A DNA stretch of 64,000 nucleotides from Candidatus Obscuribacterales bacterium (lineage in GTDB: Bacteria > Cyanobacteriota > Vampirovibrionia > Obscuribacterales > Obscuribacteraceae): positions 640,001-704,000 of the forward strand of contig CBDDIJ010000002.1 of assembly GCA_965228855.1 (NCBI GenBank). The letters run 5' to 3'. Both the position numbers and the translations under genes were made by a program. The notes beneath the pieces are model-generated. The model was not told the DNA's origin. It ran no database searches and was given only the letters and a program-made list of their open reading frames with translations. Below, piece by piece: positions 30,521 to 41,235 of this stretch; within the stretch, counting starts at the first letter, position 1; every line of letters starts with the position of its first letter.

Positions 30521-31252
30521 TCAGCCGCCGCGGCGCAGACCGACAGCCCGCGCGAGCATCAGCAGGATCGACTTGAACAGACCCGGGCGCTCGGCGTCTT
30601 CGCGACGCAGAAGTTCCCGGCGGTCTTCGTCGAGGTACGGATTGCTCTGCCGCTCCTTGCCGATGGTCGTATGCGGTCCGTGTCCCGGGATGACTTTCGT
30701 CTCGTCGGGGAGCGTCATCAGCCGATCGAGCGACGCGAAGATCTTCTCGATAGAACCTCCGGGAAAACGCCACTGCCCGATCGAACCGGCGAATAGAGTG
30801 TCGCCGGAGAAAAGCAGGCTGTTGTTCGCGACGTGGAAGCAGCAGGCGCCGGGCGAATGGCCCGGCGTGTGCATCACGTGCGCAGCGATGCTGCCGGCTT
30901 CGACAACATCGCCCTCGCAGAGCCAGCGGTTCGGACGAGGCGGTCTCGGGCTGAACGAACCACCGAAGAGCTTAGTCTGCACGGGCGTGAGCCGATACAG
31001 CCAGGCGTCTTTGCGATGGATGGCGATCTTGGCGCCGGTCGCCCTCTGCACCTCGCGAGCCGCAAGCACATGGTCGAAGTGACCGTGCGTGATCAGGATC
31101 TGGCGCACGTTAAGCCCGAGGGCTTTGACGCGAGCCAGGATTTTGTCCGCGTCTCCACCGGGGTCGACGATCAACGCCTCGCGCGTTTCCGGGCACCCGA
31201 TAATCGAACAGTTGCAGTCCACCGGACCGGTCTCAAACGATTCGAGAATCAT
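30521..31252 (-). CDS. MBL-fold metallo-hydrolase (glyoxalase II/YcbL-like)
   Basis: THGHFDH, HTPGHSPG, FSGDTLF, PGHG. Confidence 0.93.
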   Translation of the reverse strand: MILESFETGPVDCNCSIIGCPETREALIVDPGGDADKILARVKALGLNVRQILITHGHFDHVLAAREVQRATGAKIAIHRKDAWLYRLTPVQTKLFGGSFSPRPPRPNRWLCEGDVVEAGSIAAHVMHTPGHSPGACCFHVANNSLLFSGDTLFAGSIGQWRFPGGSIEKIFASLDRLMTLPDETKVIPGHGPHTTIGKERQSNPYLDEDRRELLRREDAERPGLFKSILLMLARAVGLRRGG

Positions 31253-31430
31253 TCCAATGGGTCTCCTTTTGTCACTTTCCGCAGCGCAAGCACTTCGGGA
31301 AGCCTGTTTCTGTTTTAACGACACCACTCACGGTATCACAACATCTTACTCGGTCGGCGCTGCACCGAAGTCGTGTATCAGAGGGCAAGCGATGTTTGGA
31401 ACGACAGATGCGACCACCAAGCCCAGCGCC

Positions 31431-31979
31431 CTAGGCGCCGACGACCTGCTCGAAGCCCTCGGGCGCCGGAGCCTTTTCCGCCATGCGCTCGACCTGCTTG
31501 CAGCGGTAGCCTTCGTGAAGAAGCAACCACTGGAAGGCGCCGAATTGCACGCTGGCGCGACCGTCACCGCCCGCCTTGCCGCTCAGACTGCTGAGTTCTT
31601 CAACGGTCCAGGGACAATCGGTTTCAAACAGAACCGGCGTGATTGCGCCCTTCCGGTTGCCCTCCAGATAGACGAGTTGACGAAGCGGATTCGCCTCGTC
31701 CCTGGCGAGCAGCGCGTCGATGCGCGGAGTGACGCCGATGGTGGCGGCTTCGACTTCCTGGCGCAGCTCGACGAGGTCGATGCTGTCGAGCCAGGTCCGG
31801 TCGAACCGCTGCAGACGAAGCGGCGCCCGTGTGCCGGTGTCGACACTCCTGCCGTCGGCGCCGCGGTGATAGACCACGCGTTCACCATCGACGACATCGA
31901 TGAGTTCGGCGCGGTTGCGGACGACGAGAATCAGTGCCTGCTCGTTGATGAACAGCAGGCGACGTTTTGAATCGCTCAT
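31431..31979 (-). CDS. Hypothetical protein
   Basis: aggag RBS; GC3-rich; same strand as the Rieske and ZIP genes. Confidence 0.65.
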   Translation of the reverse strand: MSDSKRRLLFINEQALILVVRNRAELIDVVDGERVVYHRGADGRSVDTGTRAPLRLQRFDRTWLDSIDLVELRQEVEAATIGVTPRIDALLARDEANPLRQLVYLEGNRKGAITPVLFETDCPWTVEELSSLSGKAGGDGRASVQFGAFQWLLLHEGYRCKQVERMAEKAPAPEGFEQVVGA

Positions 31980-32051
31980 GAATGGAACTCCTATCGGTTA
32001 GAGATTGCGACCGGAGAGGCTGTTTAAAGCCCCTCCAGCCGTTTTAAAAAC

Positions 32052-33185
32052 CTATTCGCTATTCCGCTTCTTGCGAGCGGTCTTCTCCTGCGTTTCGCGC
32101 CGTTTCCAGCTGCGACCGAACGACTCGTTCGCGGTGCGGACCGGCGACGGAAGGATGGTGATCTTGCCGCCGCGGTGGGTCTCGTAGATGTGATCCGCGG
32201 CGCTGTTTCCAGCCTTGAGGACCTTGTCGTACAGATTGCGCGCCGCCAGGAGGTATTTGTCGACGGGAACGCCGACCGCGCGAGGCAGCACCTCGGGAAT
32301 GCACGACTCGATCACGAGCCGGTCTTCTTCGAGAATGCGCTCGCCGAGGTTCTTCAGCTTGGTGTCCGCGACATCGCTCTTGTCGAAGTTGCGGCAGCCG
32401 TACATGCGGATGAGCACCTCGTTCTCGTCGAGCGGCGTGAACGTGAACAGCGTCACGTCCTTGTATTTGCCGATCGAGAAATCGTTGACCACCAGCGTCG
32501 GCACGTGGTAACGGCAGAACACCTTCACGTCCGGGTTTTCGCCGAGTTCGGGGACCGGTGGGAAGAACCAGTTGTCCGGGTTGAGCTTGACGTAGACCGT
32601 GCACGACACCTCGTGCTCGCCCTTCGTGACTTTGTAGTCGTCGCGGTAGGGATGCGCGCCGTTGCCGAAGGTGGCGGCGTGCAGGTACGAGAAGTGGGTG
32701 AAGTCGACGAGGTTTTCCAGCATCGGACGAACCGAACCGCGCCAGACCAGGTCGTGATAGAGCCGGTGGAATTCGGGTTTGTCGAATTCGGGAACGTCGA
32801 CAATCGGCGGTCGCTTGTCCTCCGGGGCATCGCCCAGGAAGATCCAGAGCAGACCGTACTTCTCGACGATCGGGTAGGAGTCGACCATCAAGGTCGGCGG
32901 AATCTTGCCCGATTCGAGAATCGAAGGCACCTCGTGACACTTGCCGTCCGAACCGAAACCGAAGTTGTGGTAGGGGCACACGAGATTGCCGTTCTTCACG
33001 CAGCCGAGCGACAACGCCGCGCCCATGTGGGGGCAGACGTCATTGACCGCCGTGTACTTTCCAGCCGAGTCGATGAAGAGCGCCAGGTTTTGACCGAGCG
33101 CCTTCTTCTTCAACGGCTGGGTTTCCACAGTCAGCTCTTCGGCGCGAGCGATGCAGTACCAGGAGTTTTTGAGCCATTCTTTCAT
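32052..33185 (-). CDS. Rieske non-heme iron oxygenase alpha subunit (VanA/KshA-like), paralog 1
   Basis: CPH...CPYH Rieske ligands; ENLVDFTHFSYLH; EED. Confidence 0.92.
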   Translation of the reverse strand: MKEWLKNSWYCIARAEELTVETQPLKKKALGQNLALFIDSAGKYTAVNDVCPHMGAALSLGCVKNGNLVCPYHNFGFGSDGKCHEVPSILESGKIPPTLMVDSYPIVEKYGLLWIFLGDAPEDKRPPIVDVPEFDKPEFHRLYHDLVWRGSVRPMLENLVDFTHFSYLHAATFGNGAHPYRDDYKVTKGEHEVSCTVYVKLNPDNWFFPPVPELGENPDVKVFCRYHVPTLVVNDFSIGKYKDVTLFTFTPLDENEVLIRMYGCRNFDKSDVADTKLKNLGERILEEDRLVIESCIPEVLPRAVGVPVDKYLLAARNLYDKVLKAGNSAADHIYETHRGGKITILPSPVRTANESFGRSWKRRETQEKTARKKRNSE

Positions 33186-33267
33186 GTGGTTGCTCCACGT
33201 TGGGCCGGTCAGCACCGCGGACGGTACCAACCGGCGAGAATAGTTTTCGTTGAACCGAAACCGCGTG

Positions 33268-34251
33268 CTACTCGAACAGCAGAATGGCAGCCATAAGCGC
33301 CACGCCGACGAGCGACACGAGGAAGTACTGGAAACCATTGCCTTCCTGCGACTCCTGGAGCACATGAGGCACCAGCACGCAAGCGGCGATGTAGAGAAGT
33401 GCACCGGCGGCAACAGCCGTGGCGAAGAAAACGAAGGAGCCGACCATCGAGCCGATCACGAACGCAACCACAATGCCGACCAGACTGAGCAAGCCGCTCA
33501 GGAAGTTGGTCAGCAGCGCCTTGCGCTTCGAGAAACCGGCGTGACGCATCACAGCGTAATCGCCCAGCTCGAGAGGAATCTCGTGAAGGAAGATGGTGAT
33601 GGTCGCCGCCACACCGGCAGGAACGCTGATGAGGAACGCAGTTCCGATGACGATGCCGTCGAGAATGTTCTCGATGCTATCACCAAAGGCTACGAGGTAA
33701 CCCTCCGTTCGCTCACCGTTAGCCTCGGTGCGTTTCCGCAGCAAAACATTCACGGCGTAGAAGCCGAGGAAGCCGAGCAGCATCAATGAGGCGGTGACCA
33801 GACCGATGTGCCCATGCCCGGTGTGCTCTTCGTGCGTGGGAGCCGGCGCCGGAACATTCGCGTCATGATCATGGTCATGTTCGACTGCGTCGTGGTCATG
33901 CTCATGCTCGACCGCGTCGTGGTCATGCTCATGCACGACCGCATCGTGATCATGCTCGTGCTCGCCCTTGACCGCATCGTGGTCGTGATGGGGATTGGCG
34001 GAAGCGGTTTCGTCGCCGTGCACATGAACATGCACCTGAACGCCACGCCCGGACATCCACTCCTGCTCGAGGGTGATAGCATGCGGCATAAGGTGCAGAA
34101 CGGCGTTGCCGAGCATCGCACCAGCAGCCAGCGCAAGCAAGATGTGAGACACCCGCTTGTGAAGGTCCTTGCCCTGGAAGAAAGTGAGCAAACCGACCAA
34201 AGAAACAGCGCTGACGAGAACACCCGCCAGCAGCGCATAAAGTAGGGTCAT
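33268..34251 (-). CDS. ZIP family metal transporter with His-rich repeat loop
   Basis: LAAGAMLG..LHLMPH, HEIPLELGDY; HDHDAV repeated four times. Confidence 0.92.
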   Translation of the reverse strand: MTLLYALLAGVLVSAVSLVGLLTFFQGKDLHKRVSHILLALAAGAMLGNAVLHLMPHAITLEQEWMSGRGVQVHVHVHGDETASANPHHDHDAVKGEHEHDHDAVVHEHDHDAVEHEHDHDAVEHDHDHDANVPAPAPTHEEHTGHGHIGLVTASLMLLGFLGFYAVNVLLRKRTEANGERTEGYLVAFGDSIENILDGIVIGTAFLISVPAGVAATITIFLHEIPLELGDYAVMRHAGFSKRKALLTNFLSGLLSLVGIVVAFVIGSMVGSFVFFATAVAAGALLYIAACVLVPHVLQESQEGNGFQYFLVSLVGVALMAAILLFE

Positions 34252-34607
34252 GATTTTTCCCCTGGTTAAAGTTCTAACCAGCCAACTCTCCGTATCCATG
34301 CCGGTTCCCACTGTGAAGCAGAAACGACCGGAACCCATGAGGCATTACCAGGCGCCACATGACGAACTTCTCCGCAGGTTGAGAAACCAGAAGAAGGACG
34401 CAAGAAGTTAGACTTAGTTGGATTGGGTGGAGAGAATTCCTTTTGGAACTCAAGAACGTATTTGGTGCTTTGAACGTAATGCGCGCAAAGTAAGATAAGC
34501 AAATAAGTTTGTTGTAAAGAGGCGCATCGTCAAGGTTTTGCGAACACCGACTGGCAGCGACCTGACACTAATTATGCCCAAAATATGACGTCTTACATTA
34601 GCGAACG

Positions 34608-34630
34608 GAAATGAAAGTCGTTTTCATTTC
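34608..34630. promoter_or_regulatory. Fur/Zur-like palindromic operator upstream of the ZIP gene
   Basis: GAAATGAAAGTCGTTTTCATTTC. Confidence 0.55.
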
Positions 34631-34730
34631 CGCTTCGCACCGCTCGCGCGAGCATTTGTTTTAACAAGGTCTTGTCGCGAGGTTCGAAACAGTCCTCTGG
34701 TAGAATTCTGATTTTTCGCAGAGGGTGATT

Positions 34731-35561
34731 ATGAGCGCAACGCTGTCAATCGATTACATTCAAGGCTGGCGGCGCTGGTCCGATCTGCACCATCCTGCAA
34801 ATTTCGAGATTACGATCGTCGAACAGTTTCTCGACCTAAAACGAAACGAGAACACTGATATCAAGCCGCTCGCAGCGATGAACATACTAGAAATTGGTTG
34901 CGGCGACGGACGCGTGATGCGCGAATTTGCGCCGGTCGCAAAGTCCGTAGTTGGCATCGACACAAACTCTCAAGTGATCGAGTTTCTACAATCCGAAATC
35001 GAACAAGCCTTTATGGCAATTATCAGTTCCAATCTGGACGCGGCAAACATCAACATCGCCGTCGAAAAAATGAGCGCCACCGACCTGCAGTTCGAAGACG
35101 AAAGCTTCGATCTCGTCCTCTTCCCCTGGTCGCTTCATCAGATTGAAGATAAACAGACCGCGCTCAAAGAGGCGAAGCGCGTTCTTGCTCCGAACGGACA
35201 CCTGGTCGTTTTCGGTCTCCTTCCTGGCGGAGAGTATGAAAACGCAGTCGCTGAACTCGGTTTAGATCCAGGGCCGCAAGTCGATCCCGTTGAAGCATAT
35301 GAAAAACCTTTGATGGATACTTTCGGCAAGATCGAAGATTCCCTGACCATCAGTGATAAAACGGGAGATTGCGAATTCGGTTTCCTATTTCCCGATGTCG
35401 AAACCGCGATATCCGATTGGAAGTGGGCGCTTCACAACTGGCATGAACAGTCCGTTCAACAGGAGCAGTTGAAGACCATGTCAGCGCGAATGGAGAGAAA
35501 CGTCCGCAAAGACGGCGTGTTCATGAACATCTCCGGTCGCGCGTATCTCTGCTCTAAGTAG
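34731..35561 (+). CDS. Class I SAM-dependent methyltransferase
   Basis: ILEIGCGDG; FEDESFDLV; EAKRVLAPNG. Confidence 0.9.
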   Translation: MSATLSIDYIQGWRRWSDLHHPANFEITIVEQFLDLKRNENTDIKPLAAMNILEIGCGDGRVMREFAPVAKSVVGIDTNSQVIEFLQSEIEQAFMAIISSNLDAANINIAVEKMSATDLQFEDESFDLVLFPWSLHQIEDKQTALKEAKRVLAPNGHLVVFGLLPGGEYENAVAELGLDPGPQVDPVEAYEKPLMDTFGKIEDSLTISDKTGDCEFGFLFPDVETAISDWKWALHNWHEQSVQQEQLKTMSARMERNVRKDGVFMNISGRAYLCSK

Positions 35562-35598
35562 CTAGTGTTTAAACCTGATGAAACCGGAACGAAATTGA

Positions 35599-36609
35599 AT
35601 GACCATACAAAAAATTGACGTCCACACGCATATTTTGCCAAAGAAACTTCCTGCTTGGAAAGAAAAGTTCGGCTACGGCGGCTTCATCACACTTGATCAT
35701 CACGCGCCTTGCAAAGCAAAAATGATGCGCGACGACGGAAAGTTTTTTCGCGAAATCGAACACAACTGCTGGGATTCCACACAGAGAGCCAAGGAATGCG
35801 ACGAGCAAAACGTTGGCATTCAAGTTCTCTCCACCGTTCCTGTCATGTTCAGCTACTGGACGAAACCGCAAGATGGGCTTGATATCGCGAAGTTTCTGAA
35901 CGACGACCTCGCGGAGAGCGTCGCTAAACACCCCGATCGTTTCATCGGCTTGGGAACATTGCCGCTGCAAGACCCTGATGCAGCGGTAAAAGAACTCGAG
36001 CGCTGCATGAAGGATTTAAACTTTCGTGGCATACAAATCGGCTCGCATGTCAACGATTGGAACTTGAATGAACCGGCTCTCTATGCGGTTTTCGAAGCGG
36101 CAGCGAAACTCGACGCGGCGATTTTTGTTCACCCATGGGAAATGATGGGCGAGGATAAAATGCAAAAATACTGGCTCCCCTGGCTGGTCGGAATGCCTGC
36201 GGAAACGACTCGCGCAATCGCATCGCTCATCTTTGGAGGAGTTTTGGAACGATTGCCGAATTTGCGATTCGCATTCGCCCATGGCGGAGGCTCATTTCCA
36301 GCTACGATCGGAAGACTTCAACACGGTTTTGAAGCACGCCCGGATCTGTGCGCAATAGACAACGAAAAGGGTCCGATGGAGTACCTCGGCAGGTTTTACG
36401 TCGATTCACTCACACACGACGCTGACATGCTGCGGCATATAATCAAGCTCTTCGGCGACGACAAAATAATGCTTGGAACCGATTATCCGTTTCCTCTAGG
36501 AGAGTTGGAACCGGGCAAGCTGATCGAATCGCTGGATAACGTTTCCAACGAATCGAAGCAAAAGATGCTTCGTCAGAACGCGCTTACCTGGCTCGGATTG
36601 GAACGCTAA
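35599..36609 (+). CDS. Amidohydrolase, ACMS decarboxylase-like
   Basis: IDVHTHILP, FVHPWEM, WLPWLVGMPAET, AHGGGSFP, GTDYPFPLGE. Confidence 0.9.
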   Translation: MTIQKIDVHTHILPKKLPAWKEKFGYGGFITLDHHAPCKAKMMRDDGKFFREIEHNCWDSTQRAKECDEQNVGIQVLSTVPVMFSYWTKPQDGLDIAKFLNDDLAESVAKHPDRFIGLGTLPLQDPDAAVKELERCMKDLNFRGIQIGSHVNDWNLNEPALYAVFEAAAKLDAAIFVHPWEMMGEDKMQKYWLPWLVGMPAETTRAIASLIFGGVLERLPNLRFAFAHGGGSFPATIGRLQHGFEARPDLCAIDNEKGPMEYLGRFYVDSLTHDADMLRHIIKLFGDDKIMLGTDYPFPLGELEPGKLIESLDNVSNESKQKMLRQNALTWLGLER

Positions 36610-36647
36610 ACATATTTTGACGGAGAACTCACACCCTTAGTGAACGA

Positions 36648-37364
36648 TCACACGACCGCTCGCATCTTGACAGGCTGAGCGGCACACAAACCTAGCCGCG
36701 TGGCTTGAACAGCGGCTTCGGTACGAGTGGCCACATTTAGCTTCTCGAGGATGTGGCGAACGTGCGTTTTGATTGTGTCTCCGCTAACACCAAGCTCCGC
36801 TGCAATCTGTTTGTTTCTCCAACCAAGAACCAGAAATGTGAGAACCTGCTGCTCGCGAGGCGAAAGCAGATCAGATCTGTCAGCGTTTTTCAACTCCACG
36901 TCCTTCTTCGGTTGGGAAACCGCACCAGATTTAGTACCGCAGTGAAAACCTAGATTCAATTCTATCAACCGCCGCGCTATCAATGGATCCATCCAACTTG
37001 CACCAGCATGAACAGCACGGATTGCACAGGTTAGCATCTCGGCAGAACAACCCTTGAAGATATAGGCATGGGCACCGGCACCCATCACTCGCAACAATGA
37101 TGAATCATCAGAGTTTGCAGAAAACACAACCAGTTTGCTTTCAGGCAAGCGAACTTTGATGAGCTCAGCAAACTCCACTCCAGAATCACCGAGCAGTGGA
37201 AGATCGACGAGTATCAAACTTGGCTTGAGATCAAAAATCTCACCCAGAGCTGATTCAGGAGAATCTGCAAAACCACAGATGTTCAGATCCTCCTCATGTG
37301 ACAGTACCGTCACCAGACCAACCCTTGTGAGCTGGTGCGGATCCACTATAAATATTTCTACCAT
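36648..37364 (-). CDS. NarL/LuxR family response regulator
   Basis: REC domain plus LSPREQQVL..NKQIA..TIKTHVRHILEKL. Confidence 0.92.
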   Translation of the reverse strand: MVEIFIVDPHQLTRVGLVTVLSHEEDLNICGFADSPESALGEIFDLKPSLILVDLPLLGDSGVEFAELIKVRLPESKLVVFSANSDDSSLLRVMGAGAHAYIFKGCSAEMLTCAIRAVHAGASWMDPLIARRLIELNLGFHCGTKSGAVSQPKKDVELKNADRSDLLSPREQQVLTFLVLGWRNKQIAAELGVSGDTIKTHVRHILEKLNVATRTEAAVQATRLGLCAAQPVKMRAVV

Positions 37365-37530
37365 TAACCCAACCCCGACTGTAAACGCGTAAACTCGGGT
37401 CGCCATCTACTAAATTACCGTATTCGCGACAGCGCTCGCTTCCCCACATCGAGGCATCTTTGCGCGTCATTCTTTCGAGTTACTCCAAACGGGCCGTATA
37501 AATCGCGAAGTTGAGCGTCACTCTTTAGTG

Positions 37531-40500
37531 TTACTCCTCCACTTCGTGAGCAAGTACGCCATGTTGATAGAGTAATCCTTCTTTCAAAGCCTTGACGGCG
37601 GCTTGGGTTCTGTCGGAAACAGCCAATTTCGCAAGCACATAACGCATGTGATTTTTCACGGTATCCACGGTGATGACAAGCTTCTCGGCAATCTGCTTGT
37701 TGCTCAGGCCCTGAACCACGAGATTGAGAATTTCGAATTCTCGTTTGGTGAGAGCAACCTTCGCTCCTTTAATGGAACTCTTAGACGTTTTGCTCTCCGC
37801 TTTTGCACAGACCGTCAGCGCTCTTTTGGCGATTAACGGATCCATCCAAACAACGCCTTCATGCACGGCTCGGATTGCCGCAGCAATTTGTTCGGCCGCT
37901 GTTTCTTTCAAACAGTACCCATCGGCACCCGCCGAAAATGCAGCAGTGACCTCAGTTTCATGGTCGCGACTGGTCAACATCAACACACGAACGTCTTTGT
38001 GTTCCGACTTGATTCTGCGGGTAGTCTCAATTCCGTCAATTCCCGGAAGACCAATATCCATCAGGATTACATCAGGGTTCAGATCGGGGAACTGGCGAAT
38101 CGCACTGTAGCCATCTTCAGCTTCGCCGACAATTATCACATCAGGAAACTCGCTGATAGTCACTTTTAATCCAAGTCTTGCGATGTCCTGATCGTCGACG
38201 ATAAGAACTTTGAGGGGCTGAATGCCCTCATCAGACCTGAGTACACGAGTTTGGTAGTCATTTTTATACTCGATTGACGGAGCGAAGTTGCGCACCTTCT
38301 CAAACTCGATCAACAAGTTCTGCAGCAATTCTTCCGCCTTATTCCAATCCAGATTTCTAACACTGGTTTCGATTTCACCGCATAGTCTTTGCATTTGAAC
38401 AGCGGAGATGCTACCGCAAACACCTTTTAAACCATGCGCCTGCGCAAGCACTTCGGTAGCATTGCGTTCTTCGAAACATTGACTGAGGGCCCGCAATTGT
38501 GCAGGACAGTCCATTAAGAACACCTGAAACAACATTGATGCATGCGCCTTATGACGGGCCACCAGGCCGCCTACGTCGACAGGAGATGGAGTACTCGGAA
38601 CTGCCATGCGTGCAGTAACCGGCACCGTCTGTGATGGCAGAGGGCTAACAGGCAGGTGCTGATCGAGCACTTTGCGTAGCTGGTCAGGATCAATCGGCTT
38701 GCTGATGTAGTCGTCCATTCCTGCATCCAAACACTTTTGCCGGTCTCCTTGCATCGCATGCGCAGTCATCGCGACAACCTTGAGGTGTTCGTCCGTGCCC
38801 TCTTCGCGCTTTCTCAGCTCCCTGGTGGCGCTCAGACCATCCAGTTCTGGCATCTGACAATCCATCAGAACCAAATCGAATTTACCAGTAGCTATCGCCT
38901 CGAGTGCCTCGACACCATTGGCGACCACATGAGACTGAAAGCCGAGTTCGTCCAGGTAGAGCTGTGCTACTTGTTGATTGACAGCGTGATCATCGCACAC
39001 GAGGATTCGAACATTCTCTACAATTCTGGTGCGAGAACGACCATCGATTGATAATCGAGAGAGAATCGCACTGCCACCACATACGATGCCCATAGTACTG
39101 TTCAACAACTGCGACTGAGTTACCGGCTGGGTCAGGTATGCCTTAAAACCCAGCTCCAGAGCCTGTGTCCCCAATCCAATCGTGTCCAGAGCAGTAAGCA
39201 TGACCAGATTCGTAGAAGAAATGGCCGGGTCTTGATGAATCTCGCGCGCGAGATCAAAACCGCTTCGATCAGGTAGATTCAGGCTAGTTATGACGATCTT
39301 TACTGGATCTCCATCGACGTATGCCTGACGCAAATATCTCAGCGCGTCGGAAGCGGTTACGGAGAAATCGGCACGCATTCCCCACGCCGACGCATACGCG
39401 CAGACCGTTTGATACGTGCTTGTATTCGGATCCACGACCAAGATCCGAACGTTCTTCAACTCTTCTTTTGGATTGATTACAGATGTTTCCGATCGAATTT
39501 GAAAAGGCACGGTTATCCAGAACGTAGACCCTTTGCCCTTTTCGCTGGTCAAGCCGATTGTTCCGTTCATCAGATCAACCAGCCTCTTCGATATGCTTAA
39601 ACCAAGCCCAGTACCGCCAAACCTGCGGCTAATTGACCCGTCGGCCTGCACGAATGGTTGAAATAACTGTTCCTGCTCTTCTTTAGACAAACCAATTCCA
39701 GAGTCGGTCACCGCCACCCGAATAACTGCAATGCCGTTACTGGACGACTCCAGGGTGGCGCGAATTAGCACCTCTCCTTTATCGGAGAACTTAATTGCGT
39801 TACTCGTCAAGTTTAAAATAACCTGACGCAAACGCTCCGGATCTCCACTCAGGCACTCGGGTATTGCCGGATCCACGAAAACATTGAGTGACAGCATTTT
39901 CGAGCGCGCTTGCATGACAAGTAACTCGATGGCGCTCTCAATCACACGAGCCGGCTCGAAGTCGACGTTTTCGATATGTAGCTTACCCGCTTCCATTTTG
40001 CTGAAATCGAGAATGTCGTTGATTACGGTAAGCAGCGCATGCCCTGCATCTTTGATGGCAGTCGAGTATCCGAGCTGTTCGTGCCCGAGATCAGTTTTCA
40101 AAAGAGCATTCGACATCCCGATAATCGCGTTCATAGGCGTCCGGATTTCGTGACTCATATTGGCTACGAATTCAGATTTCAGCCTGGAAGCCATTTGCGC
40201 TTGGTCTCTGGCAGCAACCAGCTCCTGGTTGATCAAAACCAATTCAGCTGTCCTCTCCGCCACTCTATGCTCCAGATCTTCATTCGCGCGAAGAAGCGCT
40301 TCCTCAGCCAATTTGCGTTGGGTGATATCGACGACGGATGCGAGCACGAAGCTCTCGCCGTTCGTCTCCAGCGGATTCAGCCCAATCTCAACCGGAATTT
40401 GAGTTCCATCTTTCTTCAGCCCAAATAGGTCCCTGCCCATGCCCATTGCGCGCACAGACGGCGAAGAGAAAAACTGCTTTCGATACTCGGGATGATTAGC

Positions 40501-40713
40501 GCGCGCGGATATTGGAACCAAAATCTCGATCGACTGACCTAGCAGTTCCTCGCGACTGTAGCCGAATAATAGTTCTACTTGCGAGTTAACCAGAACAATT
40601 GAGCCGTTCCGATCGACCATGATCATCCCGCTCGGAGCAGCCTCAATTACCAGGCGAAGACGTTCCTCGCCCAAAGAAATTTGTTCGGTATCTTTATCCG
40701 GTTTTTCGATCAT
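37531..40713 (-). CDS. Hybrid sensor kinase PAS-HisKA-HATPase-REC-REC-HPt-REC-LuxR HTH
   Basis: SHEIRTPM, GGTGLGLSI, LMDCQMP, AHGLKG, LMDIGLP, LTKREFEIL..TVKNHM. Confidence 0.92.
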   Translation of the reverse strand: MIEKPDKDTEQISLGEERLRLVIEAAPSGMIMVDRNGSIVLVNSQVELLFGYSREELLGQSIEILVPISARANHPEYRKQFFSSPSVRAMGMGRDLFGLKKDGTQIPVEIGLNPLETNGESFVLASVVDITQRKLAEEALLRANEDLEHRVAERTAELVLINQELVAARDQAQMASRLKSEFVANMSHEIRTPMNAIIGMSNALLKTDLGHEQLGYSTAIKDAGHALLTVINDILDFSKMEAGKLHIENVDFEPARVIESAIELLVMQARSKMLSLNVFVDPAIPECLSGDPERLRQVILNLTSNAIKFSDKGEVLIRATLESSSNGIAVIRVAVTDSGIGLSKEEQEQLFQPFVQADGSISRRFGGTGLGLSISKRLVDLMNGTIGLTSEKGKGSTFWITVPFQIRSETSVINPKEELKNVRILVVDPNTSTYQTVCAYASAWGMRADFSVTASDALRYLRQAYVDGDPVKIVITSLNLPDRSGFDLAREIHQDPAISSTNLVMLTALDTIGLGTQALELGFKAYLTQPVTQSQLLNSTMGIVCGGSAILSRLSIDGRSRTRIVENVRILVCDDHAVNQQVAQLYLDELGFQSHVVANGVEALEAIATGKFDLVLMDCQMPELDGLSATRELRKREEGTDEHLKVVAMTAHAMQGDRQKCLDAGMDDYISKPIDPDQLRKVLDQHLPVSPLPSQTVPVTARMAVPSTPSPVDVGGLVARHKAHASMLFQVFLMDCPAQLRALSQCFEERNATEVLAQAHGLKGVCGSISAVQMQRLCGEIETSVRNLDWNKAEELLQNLLIEFEKVRNFAPSIEYKNDYQTRVLRSDEGIQPLKVLIVDDQDIARLGLKVTISEFPDVIIVGEAEDGYSAIRQFPDLNPDVILMDIGLPGIDGIETTRRIKSEHKDVRVLMLTSRDHETEVTAAFSAGADGYCLKETAAEQIAAAIRAVHEGVVWMDPLIAKRALTVCAKAESKTSKSSIKGAKVALTKREFEILNLVVQGLSNKQIAEKLVITVDTVKNHMRYVLAKLAVSDRTQAAVKALKEGLLYQHGVLAHEVEE

Positions 40714-40813
40714 GACGCGTAAACAAACTGAACCAATAGCTAAAGTATCAGACCGGACACTAAAACTCATCAAACCTGAGTGTGATATCTCCAAAGTAAG
40801 TGACCAAAACACC

Positions 40814-41176
40814 CTACGATAGAATATCGTGGATAAAGATGGGACAAAAAACTAGCTGCCGCTGGATTTACAGACCTTCTCTACAAACCGCGCTTGCGTC
40901 TTGGCTATCACAGAGCGACGGATTTCGCGAAAAGCGGCAATCCAGGAGCGACAAATCGCACGCGAACCATCCACCGACGTCGACCGCAAGGGCTGTATCA
41001 GTTCGCCTGTGTAGCCTTTGGGACTCTACAAGATACTTGGTTCTATAGTAGTGGGTTTGGCGCAATCCAGGAGCGACAAAGTGCACGCGAACCATCCACC
41101 GACGTCGACCGCAAGGGCTGTATCAGTTCGCCTGTAAGGCATTCCGGCTTTAGCGAGATACTGTCGTTTTTAGTAG
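40814..41176. repeat. Dispersed element locus G (complete, right arm duplicated at 125 bp)
   Basis: CTACGATAGAA at 40814; core at 40902-40953; TATAGTAG at 41044; about 74-bp direct repeat at 40937 and 41062. Confidence 0.85.
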
Positions 41177-41235
41177 ACCAAATCGGAGGACGAACGGAAA
41201 GAGGGTGGCACTTCCCGTTCGTTTTGTTGGCGGTT

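Noticed and set aside
31346..31440. Frameshifted C-terminal continuation of 31431-31979
   Set aside because: The alternative-frame tail looks plausible but cannot be supported without homologs.
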